From assembly GCA_965203355.1 (NCBI GenBank), contig OZ241889.1, positions 512,001 through 576,000 of the forward strand: a stretch of 64,000 nucleotides of DNA. Direction: 5' to 3'. Below are positions 1 to 9,384 of the stretch, in pieces; within the stretch, counting starts at the first letter, position 1, and the number at the start of each line of letters is the position of its first letter. The notes beneath the pieces were generated by a model. It ran no database searches. It was not told where the DNA came from and saw nothing but the letters and a program-made list of their open reading frames with translations. The translations under genes were made by a program, and so were the position numbers. The stretch comes from Candidatus Latescibacterota bacterium. Its GTDB lineage: Bacteria; Latescibacterota; UBA2968; UBA8231.

Positions 1-940
1 GATAGTTGCCGTAGCGCTCGGGGAAATAGGCGACTGAGGCGATGAAGTTCTCCTCGGCGACCAGCGTCTCCAACTCGTCGGCCCCCTTGCCGACGACCAG
101 CGCGTCTGCGCCGCGCCCCTGCTGCTGCACGGCGCGCAACATGCCGGAGACCGATTGGTCGTTGATGGCCGTGATCAGGATTGGCGCACCTTGGGGGATG
201 CGGCCGAGCGCGTTGCTCATCTGCTGGAAGGAGTACTGCAGCGTATTTTTGGTGTCGATGCGGATGATGCGCTCGGACGGGAAGCCGGGTAGCGAGGCGA
301 GAAAGCCGGCGATTTGGCCCTCGGTGCGCATGGCCGGGATCGCGCCCGACTGCGGCAGTTCGCCAACGACGAAGTATCCCTCGGCGAGTGCCCGGTCGCC
401 AAAGCGCACTTTGGCTGCCTGCGCCAGATAGGAGCCGCCCATAAAACCGGAGCGCGGGTTGTTGGCGCCGAAGTAAGTGGCCCCCGGCATGGGGATGTCG
501 ATGGCAACCACGCCGACCTGCTTGCGGTTGAAGTGCTGCATGATGGCCGGGCCGAAGTTGACGTCGGTTTGGAATTCGATGCAGAAGTCAACTTGGCGTC
601 GGGCGAAGCTCTCGGCGTTGGCTAGGGCCGTCGGCCCGTCGAGCCGATTGTCGGCGATCAGCAAGTCGACGCCAGCGGCCTCGGCGTTGCGCTCAATGCC
701 TTTTTCGACCTTGATGCCAAAGCTGATGTCGCGTTGCAGGTTGGCAAAGCCAAAGACGAGGTTTTTGCCGTTTTGGGGAGGCGAGTTTTGCGCGGCTTCG
801 GCGGCCATGGCTTGGAGCACTGCCGGCGGGAGCATCAGCCCGTCGTAAGTCGCCGGGTCGAAACCGTGGAAATCCTCGCTCAATGCTGGGACTGGCGCGA
901 GCAACAGGCAAGCGGCGAGAACGAGTCGGAGCGAAATCAT
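1..940 (-). CDS. Sugar ABC transporter substrate-binding protein (RbsB/LacI-type fold), runs off the left edge
   Basis: Not in the ORF track; translated by hand from ATG at 940: MISLRLVLAACLLLAPVPALS (signal peptide)...LVFGFANLQRDISFGIKVEKG...IEFQTD...VAIDIPMPGATYFGANN...ITAINDQSVSG...SVAYFPERYG. Confidence 0.85.
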   Translation of the reverse strand, partial: MISLRLVLAACLLLAPVPALSEDFHGFDPATYDGLMLPPAVLQAMAAEAAQNSPPQNGKNLVFGFANLQRDISFGIKVEKGIERNAEAAGVDLLIADNRLDGPTALANAESFARRQVDFCIEFQTDVNFGPAIMQHFNRKQVGVVAIDIPMPGATYFGANNPRSGFMGGSYLAQAAKVRFGDRALAEGYFVVGELPQSGAIPAMRTEGQIAGFLASLPGFPSERIIRIDTKNTLQYSFQQMSNALGRIPQGAPILITAINDQSVSGMLRAVQQQGRGADALVVGKGADELETLVAEENFIASVAYFPERYGNY

Positions 941-1107
941 AGCTACACTTTCGTTTGGAAATGGACTGACGAATATACGGAGCGGACAGCCGGTGGCTCA
1001 AGGCGGCGATTGCTTTTCAGGAGCGATGCGGTTGGCTACTATTGGGTACCGCACGCTAGTAACCGATCCAAGGAAAGGAAATCTTTCTGCTATGGCTGCT
1101 ATTTGGG

Positions 1108-1338
1108 ATGGTCAGCGCCGTGGTCGCCACGAACAAAGGACGAAGCGGTTGTGGTTGGTTTGCACTTGGCGTGTTGCTCGGTCCCTTTGGTTTCATTTTG
1201 GCTTTGGTTGTTCCCAAAAATCAGGAAGAAGTTGAAAAAAAATCTATTCAAATCGGCGACATGAAAAAGTGTCCATACTGTGCTGAACTCGTAAAAGCGG
1301 AAGCGGTCAAGTGTCGCTACTGTGGGGAAGAGATTTAA
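1108..1338 (+). CDS. Small membrane protein with C-terminal zinc ribbon
   Basis: KGRSGCGWFALGVLLGPFG TM segment followed by KKCPYCAE...CRYCG; in-frame hydrophobic codons continue upstream to about 1078. Confidence 0.75.
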   Translation: MVSAVVATNKGRSGCGWFALGVLLGPFGFILALVVPKNQEEVEKKSIQIGDMKKCPYCAELVKAEAVKCRYCGEEI

Positions 1339-1391
1339 TTAGGAAAGGCTCCACGCTGAGATAGCGATCCATAACTAAAAAGGAAAACGCA

Positions 1392-2528
1392 ATGCTAACC
1401 AAAGAAGGATGCCGCACGCGGCAGCAACGTCTGTGTGTGCGTCTGGCCGAACTCGACATGGATGCGGCCGTGATCAATCACCCGAAGGAAATCTACTACT
1501 TCACCGGAATCATCATCCCCGAGGAATTTCCCGGTCCGCCGGCGATCTTTTGGCTGGGGGCCGACGGGCGTTCCTGGCTGATCGCGCATACCGACCAAGG
1601 CGAGCCGTGCGCCGACGAGTGTTTCACCTTTCCCCTCAGCGTCGGCGGCACGGTCACGCCCGATTTGCGCGAGGTGATAAGCGGGCTAATCGTCGATGTG
1701 TTACGCACTAAAAAGCCAGCGGCTGGCCGCTTGGGTTGGCAGAGCGAGTTTTTGCCGCGTCGCTTGGGATTGGCAATCGAAGAAGGGCTGGGCAAAACGC
1801 CGGCCTGGGTCGCGGTCGATGATCGGCTCGCCGACCTCCAAGAAGTCAAGGATCCCGACGAAATCGAACTGCTGCGCAAGGTAGTGCAGGTCGATCTGGC
1901 CGCATACGCTGCGGCCGAAGCGGCCATCGCGCCGGGCGTCAACGAGCTGGAGGTGCTAGCGGCCGCGCAGCGGGCGGCGCATCTTGCCGCCGGGGAGAAG
2001 GTTTTCCACGACGGCGACTATCAGTGTGGCGAGTTGGGCGGTTTTGCCCGCAATCGCCCGATTGAGGCCGGGGAAATCTACGTCATCGACGCTTGGTCGG
2101 TGTACCGCGGCTATTGGGCCGATTTGTGCCGCAGCTTTGCGGTGGGCGAGCCGACCGAGGTGCAGCACTCCGTATTTGAGCACGTCAAGGGCTTTCACGC
2201 CCGCGTCGGCGAGTACTTGCGGCCGGGCAAGGACAGCCGCGAATGTGCGGTGGCCATGGACGCCTATATCCGCGAGCATCCCCAACTGGCCGACATCGGC
2301 TTGATCCACCACGCCGGGCACAACATTGGTCTGCGGGCGCACCAGATGCCCGATCTCAACAAGGAGCGCGGGGGCACCTTGCGCGTGGGCAATGTGGTCT
2401 CGGTCGAGCCGGGAGCCTATATCCCCGAGGCGCGGGCGGGAGTGCGGCTGGAGAACATGTACCTGATTACCGAGAGCGGCTTGGAGAATTTGTCGCCGTA
2501 TCCAATGGAGTTGGGGGCGCACTGTTGA
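1392..2528 (+). CDS. Xaa-Pro peptidase family (M24) metallopeptidase
   Basis: VKDPDEIE, GYWADLCRS, HHAGHNIGL, SVEPGAY, GVRLEN pita-bread motifs; AAGGA RBS. Confidence 0.9.
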   Translation: MLTKEGCRTRQQRLCVRLAELDMDAAVINHPKEIYYFTGIIIPEEFPGPPAIFWLGADGRSWLIAHTDQGEPCADECFTFPLSVGGTVTPDLREVISGLIVDVLRTKKPAAGRLGWQSEFLPRRLGLAIEEGLGKTPAWVAVDDRLADLQEVKDPDEIELLRKVVQVDLAAYAAAEAAIAPGVNELEVLAAAQRAAHLAAGEKVFHDGDYQCGELGGFARNRPIEAGEIYVIDAWSVYRGYWADLCRSFAVGEPTEVQHSVFEHVKGFHARVGEYLRPGKDSRECAVAMDAYIREHPQLADIGLIHHAGHNIGLRAHQMPDLNKERGGTLRVGNVVSVEPGAYIPEARAGVRLENMYLITESGLENLSPYPMELGAHC

Positions 2529-3313
2529 GCGAGGTGCTCGAATTTGCCGAAGACCTCACCCGGCGCGCTGGTATGCTGATCGCCGAAGCGCGAGAGGAGC
2601 GGGCACTGGATCTGAGCTACAAGGAAGGGATTGAGCTGTTGACGTCGGCCGATTTGCAGGCCGACCAGCTCATCCGCGGCGAGATCGAACAGACCTTTCC
2701 CGAACACAGCATCCTCTCCGAAGAATCCTCGCCCGCCCTTACAGACCCGGCGCAACTGCGCGGCCCCTTGTGGATCATCGACCCGATTGACGGCACCGTC
2801 AACTACGCCTATAACCAACAGCAAGTCGCCGTATCCATCGCCTTTGCCAAAGGAGGCCAAGTGCAAGTCGGCGTGGTGCGCTGCCCATTTGTAGAAGAGA
2901 CCTTTACCGCCCGGCGCCGGGCCGGGGCCTTTCTCAATGGCCGCCCCATCCGAGCCAGCGAATGCAGCGAGCTATCCCGCGCCCTGATAGGCACGGGCTT
3001 CCCCTACGCCGCCGAGGACCGAGTGGCACTCGTGGATCGCCTGCGCCGCGTCCTCGGCCACTGCCGCGACATCCGCCGCGTCGGTTCGGCCGCCATTGAT
3101 TTGTGCTGGGTGGCGATGGGTCGGCTCGACGGCTTTTACGAGTCGCTCAAACCTTGGGACTTGGCGGCGGCGGCCCTGATTGCGCGGGAAGCGGGCGCGC
3201 ACGTCGGGCACTTACAGCCCGTAGAAGGCGAGCTACCGGAAGAATTGGACGGCAAAGACTTGGTCGCCGCCGCACCGGGAATCTACGAACCATTGATCGC
3301 GCTGTTGCGCTAA
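2525..3313 (+). CDS. suhB: Inositol monophosphatase family protein
   Basis: ILSEE, WIIDPIDGTVNY, GSAAIDLCWVA, LKPWDLAAAALIAREAG; TTG start overlaps the upstream stop. Confidence 0.85.
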   Translation: MSEVLEFAEDLTRRAGMLIAEAREERALDLSYKEGIELLTSADLQADQLIRGEIEQTFPEHSILSEESSPALTDPAQLRGPLWIIDPIDGTVNYAYNQQQVAVSIAFAKGGQVQVGVVRCPFVEETFTARRRAGAFLNGRPIRASECSELSRALIGTGFPYAAEDRVALVDRLRRVLGHCRDIRRVGSAAIDLCWVAMGRLDGFYESLKPWDLAAAALIAREAGAHVGHLQPVEGELPEELDGKDLVAAAPGIYEPLIALLR

Positions 3314-3328
3314 ACAACGAGGAGACCC

Positions 3329-4489
3329 ATGAAAATCAGCGACATCAAAGCCTATCCAACCTGGGTCGGCCACCGCAATCAACTCATCGTCAAGGTCGAG
3401 ACCGACGAAGGGCTCCACGGCTGGGGCGAGTCCGGGCTATCGGGACGCGAACTGGCCGTGGTAGGGGCCGTGCGGCACTATCGGGAATTTTTGCTCGGCC
3501 GCGATCCGCGCGAAATCGGGCGGCTCTGGCAGGAGATGTACCGCGGCCAGTACTTTGAAGGCGGGCGGGTGTTGACCGCGGCGATTTCGGCGATTGACAT
3601 CGCCTTGCACGACGTGGTGGGCAAAGCCCTCGGCGTGCCGGTCTATCAGCTTTTGGGCGGCAAGCAGCGCGAGTGGGTGCCCTGCTTTGCGACGACCGGA
3701 GCACCAGACCTAGAGACCTTGGTCAGCAACTGCAAGCTGCTGTTGGACCAGGGGTGGGACGTGATCCGCACGGGAATGGCCCAGCGCAAACAGTACGACG
3801 ACGAACGAGTGTTCGAGCCGCGCGAGTCCATCGGCATCACCGCAGCTTGGCTAACGGAAGTGCGCCGTGAAATTGGTCCCGATCCGATTTTGGGCATTGA
3901 CTACCATCATCGGCTGACAGTCGCCGAGAGTGCGTCGTTCTGCCAGAAAATGCCGCCGGGTACGCTCGACTTTCTCGAAGAACCCATCCGCGACGAGTGT
4001 CCCGAAGCCTACGAATCGCTCCGCACCATGACCGACGTGCCCTTTGCCATCGGCGAAGAATTTGCCAGCAAGTGGCAGTTTTTGCCCTATCTCGAGCGGG
4101 GCATCACCCAGTTTGCGCGGATTGACGTGTGCAACGTCGGCGGGCTGACCGAGTCAATGAAGGTGGCGAGCTTAGCCGAATCCCACTACATCGACCTGAT
4201 GCCACACAACCCACTGGGGCCAATCTGCACGGCCGCGACCGTGCATCTGGCGGCGGCCGTGCCCAACTTTGCGTGGCTCGAACACCGGGTGACGCCGACG
4301 GAAGCGGGGAAGTTCATGGACGAAGAGTTGTTTCCGGTGCAGTGCGAATTGGTGGGGTCGATGTTAAAGGTGCCTGAAGGGCCGGGGCTGGGCGTGGAGT
4401 TCAACGAAGAGTTGGCCGAGGAGCAGGAGTTCAAGTTTTGGGAAGCACCGCATTTGCGCCGCCGGGATGGGTCCCATACAAACTGGTGA
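3329..4489 (+). CDS. Mandelate racemase/muconate lactonizing enzyme family (galactonate dehydratase-like)
   Basis: VETDEGLHGWGE, AISAIDIALHD, GVPVYQLLGG, IDYHH, LEEP, IGEE, PHNPLGP. Confidence 0.9.
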   Translation: MKISDIKAYPTWVGHRNQLIVKVETDEGLHGWGESGLSGRELAVVGAVRHYREFLLGRDPREIGRLWQEMYRGQYFEGGRVLTAAISAIDIALHDVVGKALGVPVYQLLGGKQREWVPCFATTGAPDLETLVSNCKLLLDQGWDVIRTGMAQRKQYDDERVFEPRESIGITAAWLTEVRREIGPDPILGIDYHHRLTVAESASFCQKMPPGTLDFLEEPIRDECPEAYESLRTMTDVPFAIGEEFASKWQFLPYLERGITQFARIDVCNVGGLTESMKVASLAESHYIDLMPHNPLGPICTAATVHLAAAVPNFAWLEHRVTPTEAGKFMDEELFPVQCELVGSMLKVPEGPGLGVEFNEELAEEQEFKFWEAPHLRRRDGSHTNW

Positions 4490-4754
4490 TGGCTGTTTAG
4501 AAAGGTATAATCTCGACCTATGCCGACAGGAAGGACGACAACCCGAACAGCCGTTCAAAGGTAGTTTTAACGTGCGGATGAGCAGCGAACTACACCGCCG
4601 GGCAGCCTTATGTGCCAAGGAGCAGGGCTCAAACCTCAACCAAGTGGTTAAAGAGGCGTTGGAGCGGTACTTAGCTGGCACAGCCTCCCCTTCGCTAGGT
4701 ACTTCACGTTCCTATCGGGAGTTAATGGCAGATATACGCGCTCGACAGCTCTAG
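4490..4754 (+). pseudogene. HicB-family antitoxin C-terminal remnant (ribbon-helix-helix part)
   Basis: LCRQEGRQPEQPFKGSFNVRMSSELHRRAALCAKEQGSNLNQVVKEALERYL; N-terminal HicB domain and a hicA partner are missing. Confidence 0.7.
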
Positions 4755-5398
4755 CTATCGAGCAGGCAGGGCAAAGCTGAAATGTCGTCTATGACCGCGA
4801 CTTTGGGTACTTGGTCAAATTCACTTTTGCTTGTCGCGCCTGATAGTACCGCAACAAAGGGCACTTTGGCCCGTTCGGCTGTTAGCGCATCAATCGTACT
4901 GTCGCCAACGTAAAGCGCGTCATTGGCATCCATTTGCATGCTAGCGATAGCCGTTGTTAGACTGCTCGGATGTGGCTTGTGTTCGGCAACGTCTTCTCCG
5001 CCGATGATGACGCGAAAGCGATCAGACAGTCCTTCTCTTGCTAGGATCTCCTCAATTCTATAGCGAAACTTCGTTGATGCGATTCCCAAGGCAAAACCCA
5101 TTTCAATCAACCGCTCCGTTGTCGCCGGGACGCTAGCAAACACAGACGTTAAATCTACCATAACCTGATCGGCTCGTTTGACAAAATTGCTTGTGAACAA
5201 GCTGACGTTTTGATTGTTGGTTTGTCCTGTCAGACTCAGAAAGGTGTCCTCTAAAGACATGCCGATAGTTCGCTTGATTCGCTCGTCATCAGCTTGGGGC
5301 AAATTCAACCTTTCCAGCGCAAAATTAACACACTCAACGATGCCTTTTGTTGAGTCTGCTAGTGTGAGGTCGAAGTCAAAAATGATCGCCCGAGTCAT
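4751..5398 (-). CDS. HAD-superfamily hydrolase (phosphoglycolate phosphatase-like)
   Basis: IIFDFDLTLADS motif I, IASTK, KPHP, YVGDSTID; start MTRAII at 5398 (the 486-aa track ORF is an upstream extension). Confidence 0.9.
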   Translation of the reverse strand: MTRAIIFDFDLTLADSTKGIVECVNFALERLNLPQADDERIKRTIGMSLEDTFLSLTGQTNNQNVSLFTSNFVKRADQVMVDLTSVFASVPATTERLIEMGFALGIASTKFRYRIEEILAREGLSDRFRVIIGGEDVAEHKPHPSSLTTAIASMQMDANDALYVGDSTIDALTAERAKVPFVAVLSGATSKSEFDQVPKVAVIDDISALPCLLDS

Positions 5399-5496
5399 AG
5401 GTAGTACAAAGTTCATTAAAGACGCGATTACGTTACGTGATTTCCCTCGTAGAGAGTAGAAAGTCCTGTCCTCAGCAGAACAGACCGATGGACAAC

Positions 5497-6294
5497 CTAC
5501 GACCCCGTGCCTTGATACGACCGGATACCCAGTTTCCAAAACTGGTAGGTCATCACAAACAGTAGAGCCGCCACCAGCGGCGAGAACATGCCCCAATGGC
5601 TGTCGGCCTCGCTTTTGCCCAACAAGTACAGGGCCGGATAATAAGCAACAAACGCATAGGGGACGATAAAGGAGAGAAAACCCTTGAGATACGGCCCGTA
5701 TATGCTGAGGGGGTATCGCGTCAGCTCGTACAGACCGATTACGAGGTTGCACAGAGCATTGGTGCGCGTGACCCAAAAGGACATTGCGCCGAAGAAGAAC
5801 ATGATGGAAAACCAGATCAAGTTCCCCGAGACGATAAACACGACTACCAACAATATTTTGAAAATATCCCACTGCATGTTGACGACACCGCCTGCGACCA
5901 CTAGATAGAAGAGGCCGATTATTAGGTTGCCTAAACCAAGCGGCGTGTAGCGACGAGCGACCATATAGAACAGCGTATTGACCGGCAGGCACAGTAGCTG
6001 ATCGAATGTGCCATCCCTTATATACTCTTCCATGTAAATGACGCTGTTGGTGAAAGCGTGGTGAAAACTCATGCCAATGATGGACAGTGCGTAGAGAAAG
6101 AATAGCTCCGGGAACGTCCACCCCGCGATCTCGTTTACATGGGTGAAAACAATTCCAATCGTTGCCAGACCGGCGACGGTAGTGGCGACCATGGAGACGA
6201 AAGAAAGCCAAAAGCTGGCCTTGTATTCCAACATGCTCTTCAGGTGGCTTACGAAGAGGAAGCCGTACAAGGCCGCATACCTACGCACACTCAA
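5497..6294 (-). CDS. ABC-2 family transporter permease
   Basis: IAGWTFPE, IRDGTFDQLL, YPLSIY, multiple TM helices; lower GC. Confidence 0.9.
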   Translation of the reverse strand: MSVRRYAALYGFLFVSHLKSMLEYKASFWLSFVSMVATTVAGLATIGIVFTHVNEIAGWTFPELFFLYALSIIGMSFHHAFTNSVIYMEEYIRDGTFDQLLCLPVNTLFYMVARRYTPLGLGNLIIGLFYLVVAGGVVNMQWDIFKILLVVVFIVSGNLIWFSIMFFFGAMSFWVTRTNALCNLVIGLYELTRYPLSIYGPYLKGFLSFIVPYAFVAYYPALYLLGKSEADSHWGMFSPLVAALLFVMTYQFWKLGIRSYQGTGS

Positions 6295-7130
6295 CCTCCC
6301 AAGATGACGATCTTACGCAGTGCTTTCTTCCACAGCAACTGCGACGCGCCCAGCACTACAAAAACCCACACTAGCTGCTCAATTATCAGCAATAACTCGT
6401 AGCTCGGCACGTGCGCGAGCAATCCGTCGTAGAGAGCACTGTCTTGGGACTTCACCCCTAGACCGATGGAAAGCGGTGTGTAAAAACACCCCTTGAACGG
6501 CAGGAAAGTCAGCACGTCCCGCAGGAAAACGGGATAAAAATCCAACGGCATAATCCCGCCAGCGCAAAACGCCATGAACACGTTTTTGAACATATTGACG
6601 CCATGGGTCTGCATTATCCAAAACGCGACGCTACCCAAAGACAGATCAATCAAAAAGTAGGTCACAAATCCGAGTACACAGCTAAGAGCCGCCAGTAGCA
6701 GGCGCGTTGGATCGAATGGGACGGAGATGTCCAAGATGTAGCCAAAGAGGATGAACACCGGCACACCCTTGAACAACAAGTTGAATACCGCCTGACCAAT
6801 AGCTGTATATAGGGCCACTAGCCGATAGCTAATGGGCTTGGTCAGCTCGACGGCGATGTCGCCTTTATAGACCTTGTCGCCGATCATCACGTTCACGTCT
6901 TGCCGCACGATAAAGCCAATGATTGTCGAGGCTAGCGTATAGGCTACCATCGAGGCTAGCGATATACCTTCTATTTCCACTTTGCCGGCGTAGATTGCTT
7001 GCCACAGGTAGTAAAACGACAGCAGATATACGCAACTCGCAGACACGTCTGCTAGGAACTGAACTCTATACGTCAGCCCTTCTTGGAACGTTACCTTTAC
7101 CACCCCAATAAAGCGGCCCATATAGATCAT
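6291..7130 (-). CDS. ABC-2 family transporter permease
   Basis: LWQAIY, GDIAVELTKP, GGIMPLDFYP, LPFKG; 4-nt overlaps with its neighbours. Confidence 0.9.
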   Translation of the reverse strand: MIYMGRFIGVVKVTFQEGLTYRVQFLADVSASCVYLLSFYYLWQAIYAGKVEIEGISLASMVAYTLASTIIGFIVRQDVNVMIGDKVYKGDIAVELTKPISYRLVALYTAIGQAVFNLLFKGVPVFILFGYILDISVPFDPTRLLLAALSCVLGFVTYFLIDLSLGSVAFWIMQTHGVNMFKNVFMAFCAGGIMPLDFYPVFLRDVLTFLPFKGCFYTPLSIGLGVKSQDSALYDGLLAHVPSYELLLIIEQLVWVFVVLGASQLLWKKALRKIVILGG

Positions 7131-8119
7131 GTACCGGCGGGTTTTTGTTGGTACAGGCTCTTGACAATAGTGCCGATTTCTTGCTCCTGTACGACGAGAT
7201 CCCGTACTTCGTTGTGGGCGGCTATCTCGGTGATCAACCGGGTCGTCGATAGCTGGTCGCCGTCAAACTCTATTTCCAACGTATTGCCTGTGCTTTTGAC
7301 GACGGCTGTGTCGCTCAAACCGTCGAGATGCTGTGGAGGATGGGCTAGCTCCAAGGTCATGGTCCGCGTCTTGCCATAGATGTTTTTGAGCTTTTCAAGG
7401 CTGCCGTCAAACAGCATCTGGCCTTTGTCGATGACGATGATCCGCCGACACAACTTTTCTACATCCTCCAAATCGTGGCTGGTAAGTATGATGGAAACGC
7501 CGTGCTCGCGGTTCATGTGGACGAAGAAGTTGCGGATGTTTTCCTTGACCACGATATCCAAGCCGATCGTCGGCTCGTCGAGATAGACTATTGGGGGCTT
7601 GTGCAGCAGGGAGAGGGCCATGTTGCATAGCATCTTCTGCCCTAAGCTCAAGCTGCGAGCGTTTTTTGTGAGCAAATGACCGAGGCCCAAAATAGACGCA
7701 AAGAGTTCCATCTGCTGTCGATAGAGCGGGTTGGGAAGGTCGTACAGTCGGCGGTGGAGTTCAAACGACTCGATGACAGGTAAGTCCCAGCGCAATTGCG
7801 AACGCTGGCCGAATACCACGCCGATATTGCGTGCGTTCTCGATGCGGTTCTCGTAGGGTTCGATACCCAAGACCTCAATGCGGCCGGCAGAGGGTGTCAG
7901 AATGCCGGTCAGCAGTTTTATGGTCGTTGACTTGCCGGCACCGTTGGGGCCTAGATAGGCGACGATTTCGCCGGCCTCGATAGCGAAATTTAGGTCGTCG
8001 ACAGCATGTATAAGTGAGGTCCGCGGCCAGAATAGGCTTTTGAACGCTCCTTTTAGGCCCGGATCTTTTAGGGGGATTTTATACGATTTGGATAGGTTAC
8101 TCACCTTAATGATCGACAT
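7127..8119 (-). CDS. ABC transporter ATP-binding protein
   Basis: Walker A GPNGAGKST, LSLGQK signature, Walker B YLDEPTIGLD, TSHD; start MSIIKV at 8119. Confidence 0.95.
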   Translation of the reverse strand: MSIIKVSNLSKSYKIPLKDPGLKGAFKSLFWPRTSLIHAVDDLNFAIEAGEIVAYLGPNGAGKSTTIKLLTGILTPSAGRIEVLGIEPYENRIENARNIGVVFGQRSQLRWDLPVIESFELHRRLYDLPNPLYRQQMELFASILGLGHLLTKNARSLSLGQKMLCNMALSLLHKPPIVYLDEPTIGLDIVVKENIRNFFVHMNREHGVSIILTSHDLEDVEKLCRRIIVIDKGQMLFDGSLEKLKNIYGKTRTMTLELAHPPQHLDGLSDTAVVKSTGNTLEIEFDGDQLSTTRLITEIAAHNEVRDLVVQEQEIGTIVKSLYQQKPAGT

Positions 8120-8166
8120 TTCCCTATTGTTACCTAAAAGTAAAGTAAAGTAAAGAAAAACTATTC

Positions 8167-9240
8167 CTAAAAAACCGGAATGAACTTGTGGCACACGGGC
8201 GAAGAAACTTCGGCCTTGTGGCCAGTCGGCGTCAGCTTCCCCGTGTCCTGATCCACCTTGAACGTAAAGATGTCGTCGGTGCTGTGGTTGCCGACGATCA
8301 GGTAGGTGCCCGTGGGGTCGAGGCCGAAGTTGCGCGGGTTGGCACCGCCGGTCGGCACGATCTCAACGAGTGCGAGCTGGCCGGTGTCTGGGGCGATGGC
8401 ATAGACGGCAATGGAGTCGTGGCCGCGATTGGACCCGTAGAGGAAGCGGCCATTGGGGTGGACGTGGATGTCGGCGGTGTGGCTGACCTCGGCGTAGCCG
8501 TCGGGCAGCGTCGAGATGGTCTGGATGGTGGCGAGCGCACCGGCGTCAGCGTCGTAGTCAAAAGCCGTGATGGTGTTGCTCAGTTCGTTGATGACGTACG
8601 CCTGCTGGCCGTTGGGGTGGAAAGCGAGGTGGCGCGGGCCGCTGCCGGGCGTGATTTCCGCGGGCGTCTGCGCGACGAGCTTGCCATTTTCGTGGTCAAT
8701 CGCATAGATGAGCACTTTGTCGATGCCCAAGTCTGGGGCAAAGGCGTGTTTGTTGTTGGGTGCTACCATAATCGAATGGGCGTGCGGCCCCTCTTGGCGT
8801 CGTGGATTGACCGAAGAACCTTCGTGTTGGACGAAATCCGCGGCCGGGCCGAGCGAGCCATCTTCGCGAATCGGCAGAAGGGCAACGCTGCCGCCGCCGT
8901 AGTTGGCAACCAGCGCGTACTGACCGGCGCGGTCAATGCTGATATGGCAAGGGCCGGGACCGACGGTCGATTCGGTGTTGACTTGGGTGAGGGCTCCGCT
9001 CTGCTGGTCAATGGCAAAGGCCGCAACCGCGCCGCCGGGCCGGTCGCCCACCGCACTGGTCTCGCCGATGGCGTAGAGGAAGCGGCGGTTGGGCGCGATG
9101 TCGAGGAAGGAAGGATTGTCAATGCCGCCAATGCTGCTTTGATACGCGAGCGCACCGGTAGCCATGTCGAGACGATAGACGTAAATGCCGTCTTCGTCGC
9201 CGCTGGAATAGGTGCCGATATAGACGAGATAATCGCTCAT
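8167..9240 (-). CDS. pgl: Lactonase family beta-propeller (6-phosphogluconolactonase)
   Basis: VYIGTY, ANYGGGSV, RQEGPHAH, GSGPRH, SNRGHDSI, PRNF. Confidence 0.85.
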   Translation of the reverse strand: MSDYLVYIGTYSSGDEDGIYVYRLDMATGALAYQSSIGGIDNPSFLDIAPNRRFLYAIGETSAVGDRPGGAVAAFAIDQQSGALTQVNTESTVGPGPCHISIDRAGQYALVANYGGGSVALLPIREDGSLGPAADFVQHEGSSVNPRRQEGPHAHSIMVAPNNKHAFAPDLGIDKVLIYAIDHENGKLVAQTPAEITPGSGPRHLAFHPNGQQAYVINELSNTITAFDYDADAGALATIQTISTLPDGYAEVSHTADIHVHPNGRFLYGSNRGHDSIAVYAIAPDTGQLALVEIVPTGGANPRNFGLDPTGTYLIVGNHSTDDIFTFKVDQDTGKLTPTGHKAEVSSPVCHKFIPVF

Positions 9241-9384
9241 AGTAGTACTCCTTTGGGTTGTGAAGGCGATGGAAAAAATAAACAGAAGAACGAGTAGATT
9301 CCATTTCATAAAACGTCTCCTGAGCCGCTTAAAAGACATTCCCAACCGTCCGCCCGTAGCCGCCGCAAATCCGGCGCGACGCAG

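Noticed and set aside
2243-2524. N-terminal extensions of track ORFs (suhB, comM from 54647, pgl, D-cysteine desulfhydrase)
   Set aside because: Extensions overlap upstream genes or intergenic DNA; downstream starts fit RBS position and family length
4751-6211. 486-aa ORF as a novel HAD fusion protein
   Set aside because: The N-terminal part is an alternative frame of the ABC permease; HAD motif I starts just after Met 5398
8188-9297. Long antisense ORFs (also 17564-18913, 59626-60924, 61123-61974)
   Set aside because: They mirror well-supported genes on the opposite strand, as expected in high-GC DNA, and carry no motifs
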